Assembly (NCBI RefSeq): GCF_003231495.1
Contig: NZ_PQWO01000003.1
Coordinates: 150,001-182,000, forward strand
Direction: 5' to 3'
Origin: Acaryochloris thomasi RCC1774
GTDB taxonomy: Bacteria > Cyanobacteriota > Cyanobacteriia > Thermosynechococcales > Thermosynechococcaceae
Length of the DNA stretch: 32,000 nt
This document shows positions 1 through 8,092 of the stretch, in pieces; positions within the stretch are counted from its first letter, which is position 1; each line of letters opens with the position of its first letter. The position numbers and the translations under genes were made by a program. Below the pieces are notes generated by a model, which saw only the letters and a program-made list of their open reading frames with translations, was not told the origin of the DNA and made no database searches.

Positions 1-149
1 CCTGTCGGTTCGCACTCCAGGCGCTTTGCGGGCATGGTGAACCCTCCTTAATCCCCGGTATTCGCCCGATTAATCCCCTAGATGTCTTAGACATTGTGCT
101 GATGCATCGCAAAGAAGGGGCATTTATCCTCGATACCTGGACAACCTAA
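1..149 (+). CDS. 3' end of an ORF running in from the left edge (...[16 protein letters not shown]). By position it is probably the small leading protein of the Nit1C-type cassette (MSMEG_0572/Sll0783-like).
   Basis: Frame 3 is open from the window edge to TAA at 147-149. The stop lies 2 nt before the nitrilase GTG at 152, which is operon-like packing. The family call rests on synteny only, because 49 aa is too little to recognise. Confidence 0.4.
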   Translation, partial: CRFALQALCGHGEPSLIPGIRPINPLDVLDIVLMHRKEGAFILDTWTT

Positions 150-151
150 CC

Positions 152-1171
152 GTGGACTATTCCCGAACCATACGAGCGGCAGCGGCTCAGATTAGTCCGG
201 TTTTGTTTAGTCGAGACGGGACTACTGAAAAGGTTTTAGATGCGATCTCATCCGCAGCCAAGGACGGGGTAGAGCTACTGGTTTTTCCAGAAACCTTTAT
301 CCCTTACTATCCGTATTTTTCGTTCGTGCAGCCTCCAGTGCTGATGGGTAAAGAACATATGCGCCTCTATGAAGAGGCCGTCACAGTTCCTAGCCCTGTC
401 ACCGATGCGGTTGGTCAAGCCGCTCGCACCCACAGCATGGTAATTGTTTTGGGCGTCAATGAACGGGACGCCGGATCGCTCTATAACACTCAGCTTATTT
501 TTGATGCCGACGGTACTCTGCTACTGAAGCGGCGCAAAATCACCCCCACCTATCACGAGCGCATGGTGTGGGGGCAGGGTGACGGGGCAGGCCTCCAGGT
601 TTTAGACACCGCCGTTGGTCGATTAGGTGCCCTAGCCTGTTGGGAACATTACAACCCCTTGGCGCGGTTTGCGTTGATGGCTCAGCACGAGCAGATCCAC
701 TGCGGTCAGTTCCCAGGGTCAATGGTCGGTCAAATCTTCGGTGACCAAATGGAGGTGACCATGCGCCACCATGCTTTAGAGTCAGGCTGTTTTGTGGTCA
801 ACGCCACCGGCTGGCTTTCCGAAGAGCAGAAGCAGCAAATTGTTACCGATGAAAAATTGCAGAAGGTGCTGAGCGGAGGCTGCTACACCGCCATCATTAG
901 TCCCGAAGGAGTACCGCTGTGTGAGCCAATTACGCAGGGGGAAGGGCTGGCTGTGGCAAATCTAGATTTTGCCTTAATCACCAAGCGCAAGCGCATGATG
1001 GATTCTGTCGGGCACTATGCCCGCCCCGACTTACTGCGGCTACTGCTTGACCAAGAGGCTTGGTCCGTTCTGGAGCAATCTGCTGGTCAATCACCGGTGA
1101 CAGATGCTGAGAATAGCCCTCTGCTAACGACTGCACCTGTTCCCATGTCTCTTACGACAGAGGCACTTTAA
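152..1171 (+). CDS. Nitrilase (carbon-nitrogen hydrolase superfamily, Nit1C-cluster type, Sll0784-like)
   Basis: 339-aa ORF. The Glu-Lys-Cys triad motifs are visible: VFPE(47)[10 protein letters not shown] and LAC(163)WEHYNP, with the Cys codon TGT at 638-640. The N-terminus IRAAAAQ is typical of nitrilases. It is followed by the canonical Nit1C partner genes. Confidence 0.93.
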   Translation: MDYSRTIRAAAAQISPVLFSRDGTTEKVLDAISSAAKDGVELLVFPETFIPYYPYFSFVQPPVLMGKEHMRLYEEAVTVPSPVTDAVGQAARTHSMVIVLGVNERDAGSLYNTQLIFDADGTLLLKRRKITPTYHERMVWGQGDGAGLQVLDTAVGRLGALACWEHYNPLARFALMAQHEQIHCGQFPGSMVGQIFGDQMEVTMRHHALESGCFVVNATGWLSEEQKQQIVTDEKLQKVLSGGCYTAIISPEGVPLCEPITQGEGLAVANLDFALITKRKRMMDSVGHYARPDLLRLLLDQEAWSVLEQSAGQSPVTDAENSPLLTTAPVPMSLTTEAL

Positions 1172-1272
1172 AGCCTTGCGGACGGGGTGATCACCACAGT
1201 AATCACAATATATTTTACCCTAGAGCTGCAGCATCATGACAAGACCTGTCAGCGCTGGTTCGCTCTGCATTG

Positions 1273-1301
1273 GCCCCCCCGGCCCCCCAATTCTGGGGGG
1301 A
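1273..1301. repeat. G/C-homopolymer hairpin element (GCCCCCCCGG CCCCCC-aattct-GGGGGG)
   Basis: C6 (1283-1288) and G6 (1295-1300) flank a 6-nt loop, preceded by another C7 run. The element lies in the 210-bp spacer between the nitrilase and radical-SAM genes. Related C-run motifs occur at 2506-2520, 8044-8049 and 18114-18129. Confidence 0.6.
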
Positions 1302-1381
1302 GAAAGCTAGAGGCTTGGGTCATTCCCTTTGATTGCGAGGAATTGGGGAAACACAAGTGAAATGCTTTTGGTTCCTTCTAA

Positions 1382-2458
1382 ATGAACAAACAACAACTGA
1401 TTACAGAGCTGCAGTCCAGTGGCCTAAAGCTGGTGGACCCTAACGTAGGGGCTGCCGGACGCCGAGGCGGAGCCGGTCCTTCAGACCATAAGGCGGTCAC
1501 CATTGAGGGGACGACGGTGATGGTGCCGATTTACACCGGCACTGCCGATCAGTCTCCCTACACGGCGGAAGCGGATACCCTATTGCTCAAGCGAGAAGGT
1601 AAAGCCGTTGCCCCGCTCCACTTTCCGGAGCAGCCTCAGTTTTATGGTCTGGAGACTACCGACGGCATTCCCTACTGGAAGATTGCGCTGCTCCACAGCC
1701 ATGATGTGCTAGCGACGACGGTGCAGCAGACCTGTAAGCGATACCGCGATCCAGAAACGGTCTGTCAGTTCTGTGCCATTGAAAAGTCGCTGGATGCTGA
1801 CCGCACCATTGCCCGTAAAACGCCGGAACAGCTGGCTGAAGTCGCTGAAGCAGCCGTGCGCCTTGATGGGGTAACCCAAATGGTGATGACCACGGGGACG
1901 CCCAATACGTTAGATCGCGGTGCAGCCTATCTGACCGACTGCGCCCGAGCTGTGAAGGCCCGAGTGGATTTGCCGATTCAGGCCCAGTGCGAACCGCCGG
2001 ATGATTTTGGCTGGTTTGAGCGGATGAAAGCAGCGGGTATTGATAGCTTGGGCATGCACCTAGAGGCAGTGGAGGATGAGGTGCGATCGCAAATCATGCC
2101 CGGGAAGGCAGATGTGCCGGTGTCATTTTACTTTGAGGCATTTGAGGCCGCCGTGAAAGTCTTTGGTCGCGGACAGGTAAGTACCTATCTGCTGGCTGGC
2201 TTGGGGGATAGTGCAGAAACGCTGATTAAGACTTGCGATCGTTTGATCCAAATAGGGGTTTATCCTTTCGTGGTTCCCTTTGTACCGATTACGGAAACTC
2301 CACTGGCGGGGCATCCGGCTCCGACAGCGGAGTTCATGTTGACGATCTATCAGCAGGTGGGTGCATTGCTGAAGATATCTGATTTGTCTTCTGCAGAGAT
2401 GAAAGCAGGCTGTGCCAAGTGTGGTGCTTGTTCGGCTCTGTCTACGTTTGAGTCCTAG
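1382..2458 (+). CDS. Radical SAM-family protein of the Nit1C cassette (MSMEG_0568/Sll0785-like)
   Basis: 358-aa ORF next to the nitrilase. It has a Cys cluster C118-X9-C128-X2-C131 (QQTCKRYRDPETVCQFCAIE), a TIM-barrel-like middle region (MVMTTGTP, GIDSLGMHLEA) and a C-terminal CAKCGAC motif. The family call uses position in the cassette plus these motifs. Confidence 0.85.
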   Translation: MNKQQLITELQSSGLKLVDPNVGAAGRRGGAGPSDHKAVTIEGTTVMVPIYTGTADQSPYTAEADTLLLKREGKAVAPLHFPEQPQFYGLETTDGIPYWKIALLHSHDVLATTVQQTCKRYRDPETVCQFCAIEKSLDADRTIARKTPEQLAEVAEAAVRLDGVTQMVMTTGTPNTLDRGAAYLTDCARAVKARVDLPIQAQCEPPDDFGWFERMKAAGIDSLGMHLEAVEDEVRSQIMPGKADVPVSFYFEAFEAAVKVFGRGQVSTYLLAGLGDSAETLIKTCDRLIQIGVYPFVVPFVPITETPLAGHPAPTAEFMLTIYQQVGALLKISDLSSAEMKAGCAKCGACSALSTFES

Positions 2459-2484
2459 GAGGTGCTTTGAAAGAGATGTGTCAG

Positions 2485-2588
2485 TTGTGAGATCGGGCTG
2501 ATGATCCCCCCTAGCCCCCCTTGAGAAGGGAGAGCCAGAGTAATGGTCCCCCTTCTCAAGAGGGATTTAGGGGGATCTCACAATTTTT
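2485..2588 (+). repeat. Imperfect palindromic element of about 100 nt followed by T5. It may be a REP/MITE-like insertion and a possible internal terminator.
   Basis: Main hairpin: 2503-2530 pairs with 2550-2577. This includes gatccccc with gggggatc (8 bp) and cttgagaaggg with cccttctcaag (11 bp perfect). An alternative outer stem pairs ttgtgagatc (2485-2494) with gatctcacaa (2574-2583). TTTTT lies at 2584-2588. The element sits between the radical-SAM and GNAT genes. Confidence 0.65.
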
Positions 2589-2660
2589 AGCTATCCGAAA
2601 TGAGGCATTCAGTATATCTTTATCGTTCTCAAAATATCTGCAGTCCAAGAGGTTTGATTC

Positions 2661-3173
2661 ATGTCTGCCCAACGCTATACCTTTGAACTGGCCCGTTCTC
2701 AAACAGAAGTTGATGCCTACTTTGATCTGAGGCGCACTATCTTTTGCGAAGAGCAGGGACTGTTTGAAGGCCATGATGAAGATGGTATAGACGCGATCGC
2801 AACCCCCATCATCGCCATCGATCGTGAATCATCTAATCGGGTCGTCGGCGTTGTCAGAATATACGAAGATAACACCCGCCTCTGGTATGGCGGCAGGCTG
2901 GGCGTGCATCCTGACTATCGGCGCGTCGGTCGCATTGGCAAGGGACTCATATACAAGGCAGTTACAACCGCAAACACTTGGGGTTGCGATCGCTTCTTAG
3001 CCACTGTTCAACAGCAAAACGTACGCTTCTTTCAGCGGCAGCATTGGTTCTCGCTAGAAGAGATTGAGATTTGCGATCGCCCCCATCACCTCATGGAGGC
3101 AGAGCTAGACTTTTATCCACCAGGGAATGAACCACGCCCTGTGCTGACTCGGCCCGTGGCCCAAGCATCATAA
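2661..3173 (+). CDS. GNAT-family N-acetyltransferase of the Nit1C cassette (MSMEG_0567/Sll0786-like)
   Basis: 170-aa ORF. The GNAT motif-A-like segment is LGVHPDYRRVGRIGKGLIYKAV. The stop TAA (3171-3173) overlaps the next gene's ATG as TAATG. Confidence 0.85.
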   Translation: MSAQRYTFELARSQTEVDAYFDLRRTIFCEEQGLFEGHDEDGIDAIATPIIAIDRESSNRVVGVVRIYEDNTRLWYGGRLGVHPDYRRVGRIGKGLIYKAVTTANTWGCDRFLATVQQQNVRFFQRQHWFSLEEIEICDRPHHLMEAELDFYPPGNEPRPVLTRPVAQAS

Positions 3174-4141
3174 TGCTCACCGAGCTAGCGGCAAACCTAC
3201 GGCAAACGCTGGGTATCTTGCACAAACAAGATATTCAACCCGTAGCCCATCACCTCGGTCGCTGGGTTCCCGATAATACGACGGATTCTCCGATCTGGCT
3301 GGGCGATGACTGTGCTGCGATTCCCGATGGCGAAGGCTACTTACTACTGGCCGCAGAAGGGATGTGGTCGGTCTTGGTAGAGACAGAACCCTGGTTTGCA
3401 GGCTGGTGTGGTGTCTTGGTCAACGTCAGCGATATCTATGCAATGGGAGGCAAGCCGGTCGCCGTCGTCGATGCCCTCTGGAGTCGCTCAGTCGAACAGT
3501 CTCAGCAGATCTGGGAAGGCATGAAAGCGGCATCAAAAGCCTTCAACGTCCCGATTGTGGGCGGACACACCCACTGCCACAGTCCCTATGAAGCGCTATC
3601 GGTGGCAATTCTAGGACGCGCGCAGCATCTGATTACAAGCTTTAACGCTCAACTTGGTGACACCCTATTGCTGGTCACGGATTTCAATGGCAAACCGCAT
3701 CCTAAATATCCATTTTGGGATGCCGCGACGATGGCAGAGCCTGCAGTTTTGCAGGCCAATCTCGATTTACTGCCGACCCTAGCGGCTGCTGGTCTGTGTG
3801 ATGCAGGTAAAGACGTCAGCATGGGTGGTTTAGTGGGCACATTGTTGATGCTCTTAGAAACATCCGGCTGTGGCGCTATTTTGGACCTTGACTGCGTTCC
3901 TGTGCCCTCTAGCTTGAGCTTGGAGCAATGGCTGGTAAGCTTTCCTAGCTATGGATTTTTACTCAGTGTGCGACCTAAAAAAGTTGCTTCAATTCAGACT
4001 TTATTCCGTCAACAGGAACTTGTCTGTGATGCGATCGGGCAGATTACAGAAGGACAGGCCTTAACATTCCAGGCTGGCTCTAAATCAACCTGCTTTTGGA
4101 ACTTGAGCCAAGATCCGCTCACTGGCTTTTCTAAATTGTGA
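3173..4141 (+). CDS. AIR synthase-related (PurM/HypE/ThiL superfamily) protein, Sll0787-like
   Basis: 322-aa ORF. The N-terminal LGDDCAAI and DIYAMGGKP segments and the later GGHT segment are typical of the PurM-superfamily ATP-binding fold. It is translationally coupled to the GNAT gene. Confidence 0.85.
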   Translation: MLTELAANLRQTLGILHKQDIQPVAHHLGRWVPDNTTDSPIWLGDDCAAIPDGEGYLLLAAEGMWSVLVETEPWFAGWCGVLVNVSDIYAMGGKPVAVVDALWSRSVEQSQQIWEGMKAASKAFNVPIVGGHTHCHSPYEALSVAILGRAQHLITSFNAQLGDTLLLVTDFNGKPHPKYPFWDAATMAEPAVLQANLDLLPTLAAAGLCDAGKDVSMGGLVGTLLMLLETSGCGAILDLDCVPVPSSLSLEQWLVSFPSYGFLLSVRPKKVASIQTLFRQQELVCDAIGQITEGQALTFQAGSKSTCFWNLSQDPLTGFSKL

Positions 4142-4153
4142 GAAGAGCTGGGA

Positions 4154-4933
4154 TTAAGAGATTTCGTCTGGGTTGATGCCTTGCGATCGCAAATAATTCT
4201 CCAGCCGCTCTTTCTGTTGCCGTTCCTGATCTGCCCGTTGTCGTTCCTGATCTGCCTGCTGTTGGGCAACATCCTCCGGTAAAGGGATCAACTCTCCCTC
4301 TGCCGTATACCAGCGTAGCTGTCGGTCATAGATGCCTAGTGCTAAGCCCAACTGCTCACTTTTCAATTTGCCATCCGTGAGTTCAATTTCAACATAGGTT
4401 CCACCCATGAGCCGAAATCCAGCAAACTCCATCGTCTCTGGATGAAACCAGTAATACTCCGGTACACGCCAGACGTCCTGATAGAGATCTTTCTTCTTAC
4501 CCCGATCAATCGCCGCCGTGGAATCAGACAGCAGCTCAATCACAAGATTGGGATATTTGCCCCCTTCTTCCCAAATGGCCCAACTACGGCGGTTCTTTTT
4601 CTCTGCGCCGAGGACAACGAAAACATCAGGCCCCTTAAAGTCTTGTGATTTAAGCTGTTTCTCGTTGTAGTAAACAGTGAGATTCCCAGAGATATAAAAG
4701 TCTGAGCGGTCTCTCCACCAATATTTCAGCAGCCGGAGTAGAAGATCAATCTGGTCGCGGTGAAAGTCAGTTTCCAAAGGTGGCTCATCGCTATACAAAT
4801 TTGTAGGTAATCGCTGAACGGTATCAGGGACTTCTTCTTGAATTGATTGTGGCGGGTTAGCTTCAAGACGAACCACTGCAGGACTCTCCAGCAAAACTGC
4901 CCTCAGTTTAGCGCAGAGGTATTGAGGCATCAT
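4154..4933 (-). CDS. Uma2-family (DUF820) putative restriction-endonuclease-like protein
   Basis: 259-aa ORF with the characteristic pattern YSDEPPLETDFHRDQI...PDVFVV...LVIELLSDST...D...K..Y. The family is highly expanded in cyanobacteria. It lies antisense inside the nit cassette. The C-terminus carries a 7-aa tandem duplication, ADQERQR/ADQERQQ. Confidence 0.85.
   Translation of the reverse strand: MMPQYLCAKLRAVLLESPAVVRLEANPPQSIQEEVPDTVQRLPTNLYSDEPPLETDFHRDQIDLLLRLLKYWWRDRSDFYISGNLTVYYNEKQLKSQDFKGPDVFVVLGAEKKNRRSWAIWEEGGKYPNLVIELLSDSTAAIDRGKKKDLYQDVWRVPEYYWFHPETMEFAGFRLMGGTYVEIELTDGKLKSEQLGLALGIYDRQLRWYTAEGELIPLPEDVAQQQADQERQRADQERQQKERLENYLRSQGINPDEIS
4221..4256 (-). repeat. 21-bp in-frame tandem duplication within the Uma2 gene
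   Basis: cgttcctgatctgcc occurs at 4221-4235 and again at 4242-4256 (period 21 bp). It encodes ADQERQR/ADQERQQ. Confidence 0.8.
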
Positions 4934-4987
4934 GTGACCCCTTTAAGAAATATCGGCACCCAGATTTGAATCAGTCGCCTTATCGCA

Positions 4988-6142
4988 ATGTCTAGATCAT
5001 CACTCTCGATCGCGCTCCTCACCTATGCAACCAAACCTCGGGGCAGCGTCATCCACACTCTAGAGCTAGCGACAGCTCTCACCGCCCTTGGGCATCACGT
5101 CTGTGTCTACGCTCTTGATAAAGATGGAAAAGGATTTGAGCGATCGCTTCCCTTTCCAACGCAACTCGTTCCGGCTCAAGACGCGCCTAAAGACATCGAC
5201 GTCCTTATCCAGCAGCGAATCCAGGAATTTATAGGCTTCTTTACAGCTCATCCCCACCATCACGATATCTATCACGCCCAAGACTGCATTGGTGCCAATG
5301 CCTTGATCCAACTGCGACAGTCGCAAACAATTCCCCACGTTGTTCGCACCGTGCATCATGTCGAAGACTTTCAAAGTCCCTATCTGCAGCAGTGCCAAGA
5401 TCGCTCGATTCAGGAGCCTGACTTGTGTTTGTGCGTCAGCGATCGCTGGCAGCAAGCTCTACAGAAGGAGTATTACATTGAAGCTCCCCGCGTCCTCAAC
5501 GGCGTCGATCTCAACCGATTCTCACCGGAACTGTCGGGCCAAGAGATTGAACTACAAAAACGCTACGGCCTCAATGACTCTCCGACTTATCTAACGGTGG
5601 GTGGCATTGAGCCTCGGAAAAACTCACTCCGACTGCTGCAGGCATTTGCCCAAGTTTTACGCAGCCACCCTCAAGCTCAACTGGTGATCGCAGGGGGGGC
5701 AACTCTATTTGACTATCAGCCCTATCGAGACCAGTTCTTTCAGCTTGCCGATCAGTTCAATATTGCCGTAGGTCGGTCCTTAATTTTGCCGGGTGTGGTG
5801 ACCAATGCAGAGTTACCTGCACTCTATCGCTGTGCGGATGTGTTCTGTTTTCCTTCAACAACAGAGGGCTGGGGGTTGGTCGTACTGGAAGCGATCGCAT
5901 CCCATCTCCCCGTCATTCTTTCTAATCAGCCACCATTCACAGAGTTCCTATCGACCGAGCAGGCGCTGTTTGTGGAACCTGAAGATGAGGACGCCATTGC
6001 TTTGGCCATGCAGTCTGCCTTAGACCCACGATTGGCACAGACGCTGATCACAAACAGCTATACAATCTTGCAAAACTATACATGGAAGAAATCCGCACAG
6101 CTTCATCTCCAGCACTACCAAGCGTTGCTGTACACCCGCTGA
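4988..6142 (+). CDS. Family-4 (GT-B) glycosyltransferase of the Nit1C cassette (MSMEG_0565-like)
   Basis: 384-aa ORF. The N-terminal segment YATKPRGSVIHTLELA and the C-terminal E-X7-E region FPSTTEGWGLVVLEAIA are typical of the GT4 fold. Confidence 0.9.
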   Translation: MSRSSLSIALLTYATKPRGSVIHTLELATALTALGHHVCVYALDKDGKGFERSLPFPTQLVPAQDAPKDIDVLIQQRIQEFIGFFTAHPHHHDIYHAQDCIGANALIQLRQSQTIPHVVRTVHHVEDFQSPYLQQCQDRSIQEPDLCLCVSDRWQQALQKEYYIEAPRVLNGVDLNRFSPELSGQEIELQKRYGLNDSPTYLTVGGIEPRKNSLRLLQAFAQVLRSHPQAQLVIAGGATLFDYQPYRDQFFQLADQFNIAVGRSLILPGVVTNAELPALYRCADVFCFPSTTEGWGLVVLEAIASHLPVILSNQPPFTEFLSTEQALFVEPEDEDAIALAMQSALDPRLAQTLITNSYTILQNYTWKKSAQLHLQHYQALLYTR

Positions 6143-6173
6143 ATACCCGAATAAACCTTATCCACTGAAGACA

Positions 6174-6461
6174 ATGCCTGAAATGCGTTTTCAAATCGAA
6201 TGGCCCGACGGTACCCAGGAGACCTGCTACTCACCATCACTTGTGGTCAAGGACTATCTAGCCGTAGGCGAGACCTATAGCCTTGAAGAGTTTGTGACCA
6301 AAATAAGAGCAGCTCTGAAGATTGCGAGCGATCGCGTCCAGGCAAAATATGGCTTTCCCTGCGGTCTTGCCCTGGGACAACTAAAAGAAATTGAGTCAAA
6401 AGCTATGGGCTACCGTGACTTACCCGACCCCAAAGTTCGTGCCATTCAATTTATCGAATAA
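6174..6461 (+). CDS. Small conserved protein of the Nit1C cassette (MSMEG_0570-family-like)
   Basis: 95-aa ORF 31 nt downstream of the GT gene on the same strand. Its size and position match the small hypothetical protein of this cassette. I recognised no catalytic motif. Confidence 0.7.
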   Translation: MPEMRFQIEWPDGTQETCYSPSLVVKDYLAVGETYSLEEFVTKIRAALKIASDRVQAKYGFPCGLALGQLKEIESKAMGYRDLPDPKVRAIQFIE

Positions 6462-6704
6462 AAGCCTGCATTCGGGCAAGATTCACGCGATCAGCAGACT
6501 TTAGATGATTACCAAAACTATACATAGTTGACCGTGGTTCTGTAGCCTATTTGGCATTTTCGCTTCTGTTAAAGGCACTATCGTTCACTTATAGAACGGC
6601 CAACGATCGGTCCATCACCCTATCGTTTTATCTCAAGTGCCTTTGCAGCCATTCTGTCACTGAAACGTCCTACAATGAACGGCTTCATCACTGGCCCCAG
6701 TGGA

Positions 6705-6732
6705 CTTCTAGAGCAGAAGCTGCATTTTTTTT
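6705..6732 (+). terminator. Possible weak intrinsic terminator downstream of the nit cassette
   Basis: A short hairpin CTTCT-agagc-AGAAG (6705-6719) is followed, after ctgca, by a T8 run (6725-6732). The stem is only 5 bp, so this call is tentative. Confidence 0.35.
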
Positions 6733-6809
6733 AATATTTAATTAGGGCGGAAATCGTTTTTTGTCTAGCCCTTCACCAATCAACAGAAATATCTGAAGGA
6801 GTGAAAGCT

Positions 6810-7997
6810 ATGCCTGAAACCCTCTTCAAAATTGATCTAACAAAGCCAATGCACGCACAGGAAGTGCCAGGACATAATCGTTGGCACCCTGAGATTCCGG
6901 CTGTGGTCAATGTGAAACCGGGCGATAGCTTCAGAATTGAATGCAAAGACTGGACCGACGGCCAAATTAAGAATGATGATGACCCCAGCGATATTCGAGA
7001 TGTTGAACTGTCTGTTGTTCATGTTCTAAGCGGTCCAATTCGTGTCGAAGGGGCAGAACCAGGCGATATTTTGGTAGTTGATCTGCTCGATATCGGCGCA
7101 CTGCGTGGAGATGAGTGGGGCTTTACAGGCATCTTTGATCGCGAGAATGGAGGTGGTTTTCTGACCGATCATTTTCCTGACGCCGCCAAAGCCTGCTGGG
7201 ATTTACAGGGCATCTACACCAGCACCCGTCATATTCCTGGCGTCAAGTTTGCGGGCATTACCCATCCCGGCCTGATTGGCTGCGCTCCGTCTGCTGAATT
7301 ATTGGCGACCTGGAACAAGCGAGAGAAAGCCCTGGTTGATAAAGGCGGACCACCTTGGAAGCCCCCTATCCCAGCCCTAGCAGAGTTGCCGAATCCTAAA
7401 AACGCGGTTCTAGGAACGCTGGCAGCATCTGAATTCGATCGAGTCGCAGCAGAAGCAGCTCGAACGGTTCCGCCGCGCGAGCATGGTGGCAACTGCGACA
7501 TCAAGAATCTCTCAAAAGGATCTCGCATTTACTTTCCGGTGTATGTCGATGGAGCCAATCTATCTATGGGAGATATTCACTTCTCTCAGGGAGATGGCGA
7601 GATTTCTTTCTGCGGCGCGATTGAGATGTCAGGGTATATCGACCTGCACGTGGATCTGATTAAGGGCGGCGTGGAAAAGTATGGCATGGTTAACCCCATC
7701 TTCAAGCCCGGTCCCGTGGAACCGCAGTATTCTGAATATCTAATTTTTGAAGGCATATCGGTTGATGAACATACAGGTGAACAGTACTACCTAGATGCCC
7801 ATGTCGCCTACCGACGGGCCTGCCTCAATGCAATTGAGTATCTCAAGAAGTTTGGCTACACGGGCGAACAAGCTTACCTACTACTAAGCTGCGCCCCCGT
7901 TGAAGGCCGCGTCAGCGGTATTGTTGACATCCCAAATGCGTGCTGCACGTTGGCACTGCCCACGGGTATCTTCGATAAAAGCATCTTGCCAACCTAG
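6810..7997 (+). CDS. fmdA: Formamidase / acetamidase (FmdA_AmdA family)
   Basis: The ORF opens at GTG 6801, but ATG 6810 is preceded by GAAGGAG (6795-6801). The N-terminus reads MPETLFKIDLTKP...HNRWHPEIP...KPGDSFRIEC.DWTDGQI.N and is strongly FmdA-like. Length is about 395 aa. Confidence 0.9.
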   Translation: MPETLFKIDLTKPMHAQEVPGHNRWHPEIPAVVNVKPGDSFRIECKDWTDGQIKNDDDPSDIRDVELSVVHVLSGPIRVEGAEPGDILVVDLLDIGALRGDEWGFTGIFDRENGGGFLTDHFPDAAKACWDLQGIYTSTRHIPGVKFAGITHPGLIGCAPSAELLATWNKREKALVDKGGPPWKPPIPALAELPNPKNAVLGTLAASEFDRVAAEAARTVPPREHGGNCDIKNLSKGSRIYFPVYVDGANLSMGDIHFSQGDGEISFCGAIEMSGYIDLHVDLIKGGVEKYGMVNPIFKPGPVEPQYSEYLIFEGISVDEHTGEQYYLDAHVAYRRACLNAIEYLKKFGYTGEQAYLLLSCAPVEGRVSGIVDIPNACCTLALPTGIFDKSILPT

Positions 7998-8092
7998 CTT
8001 TAGGGAGGGGCTTAGCTACGCGACTAGATAAAGTTAGGCAAGCCCCCCTCTCTTCATGCTCCGACATTAAAACTTCAGCAAGGAGAGTTCCG

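Noticed and set aside
2521-2774. ORFs of 69 aa (+) and 72 aa (-) across the spacer between the radical-SAM and GNAT genes.
   Set aside because: They are generated by the palindromic element, overlap the well-supported GNAT gene start and have no coding features.
6551-6745. A 64-aa ORF, together with ATCGTT/AACGAT/ATCGTT alternative 6-bp pairings (about 6585-6630), in the spacer between the nit cassette and fmdA. I considered a leader peptide, attenuator or riboswitch.
   Set aside because: The stems are only 6 bp, the ORF has no RBS and its sequence looks implausible. I could match no known riboswitch consensus.
6462-6809. A search for an NtcA site (GTA-N8-TAC) upstream of fmdA, prompted by the nitrogen-related context.
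   Set aside because: The only GTA in the region (6552-6554) is followed by GGC, not TAC, at N8 spacing. No match was found on either strand.
8003-8052. A hairpin after the fmdA stop (gaggggctt...aagcccccctc), considered as a terminator.
   Set aside because: The stem needs a 2-nt bulge, the loop is long and no U-tract follows. fmdB starts 40 nt later and is probably co-transcribed.
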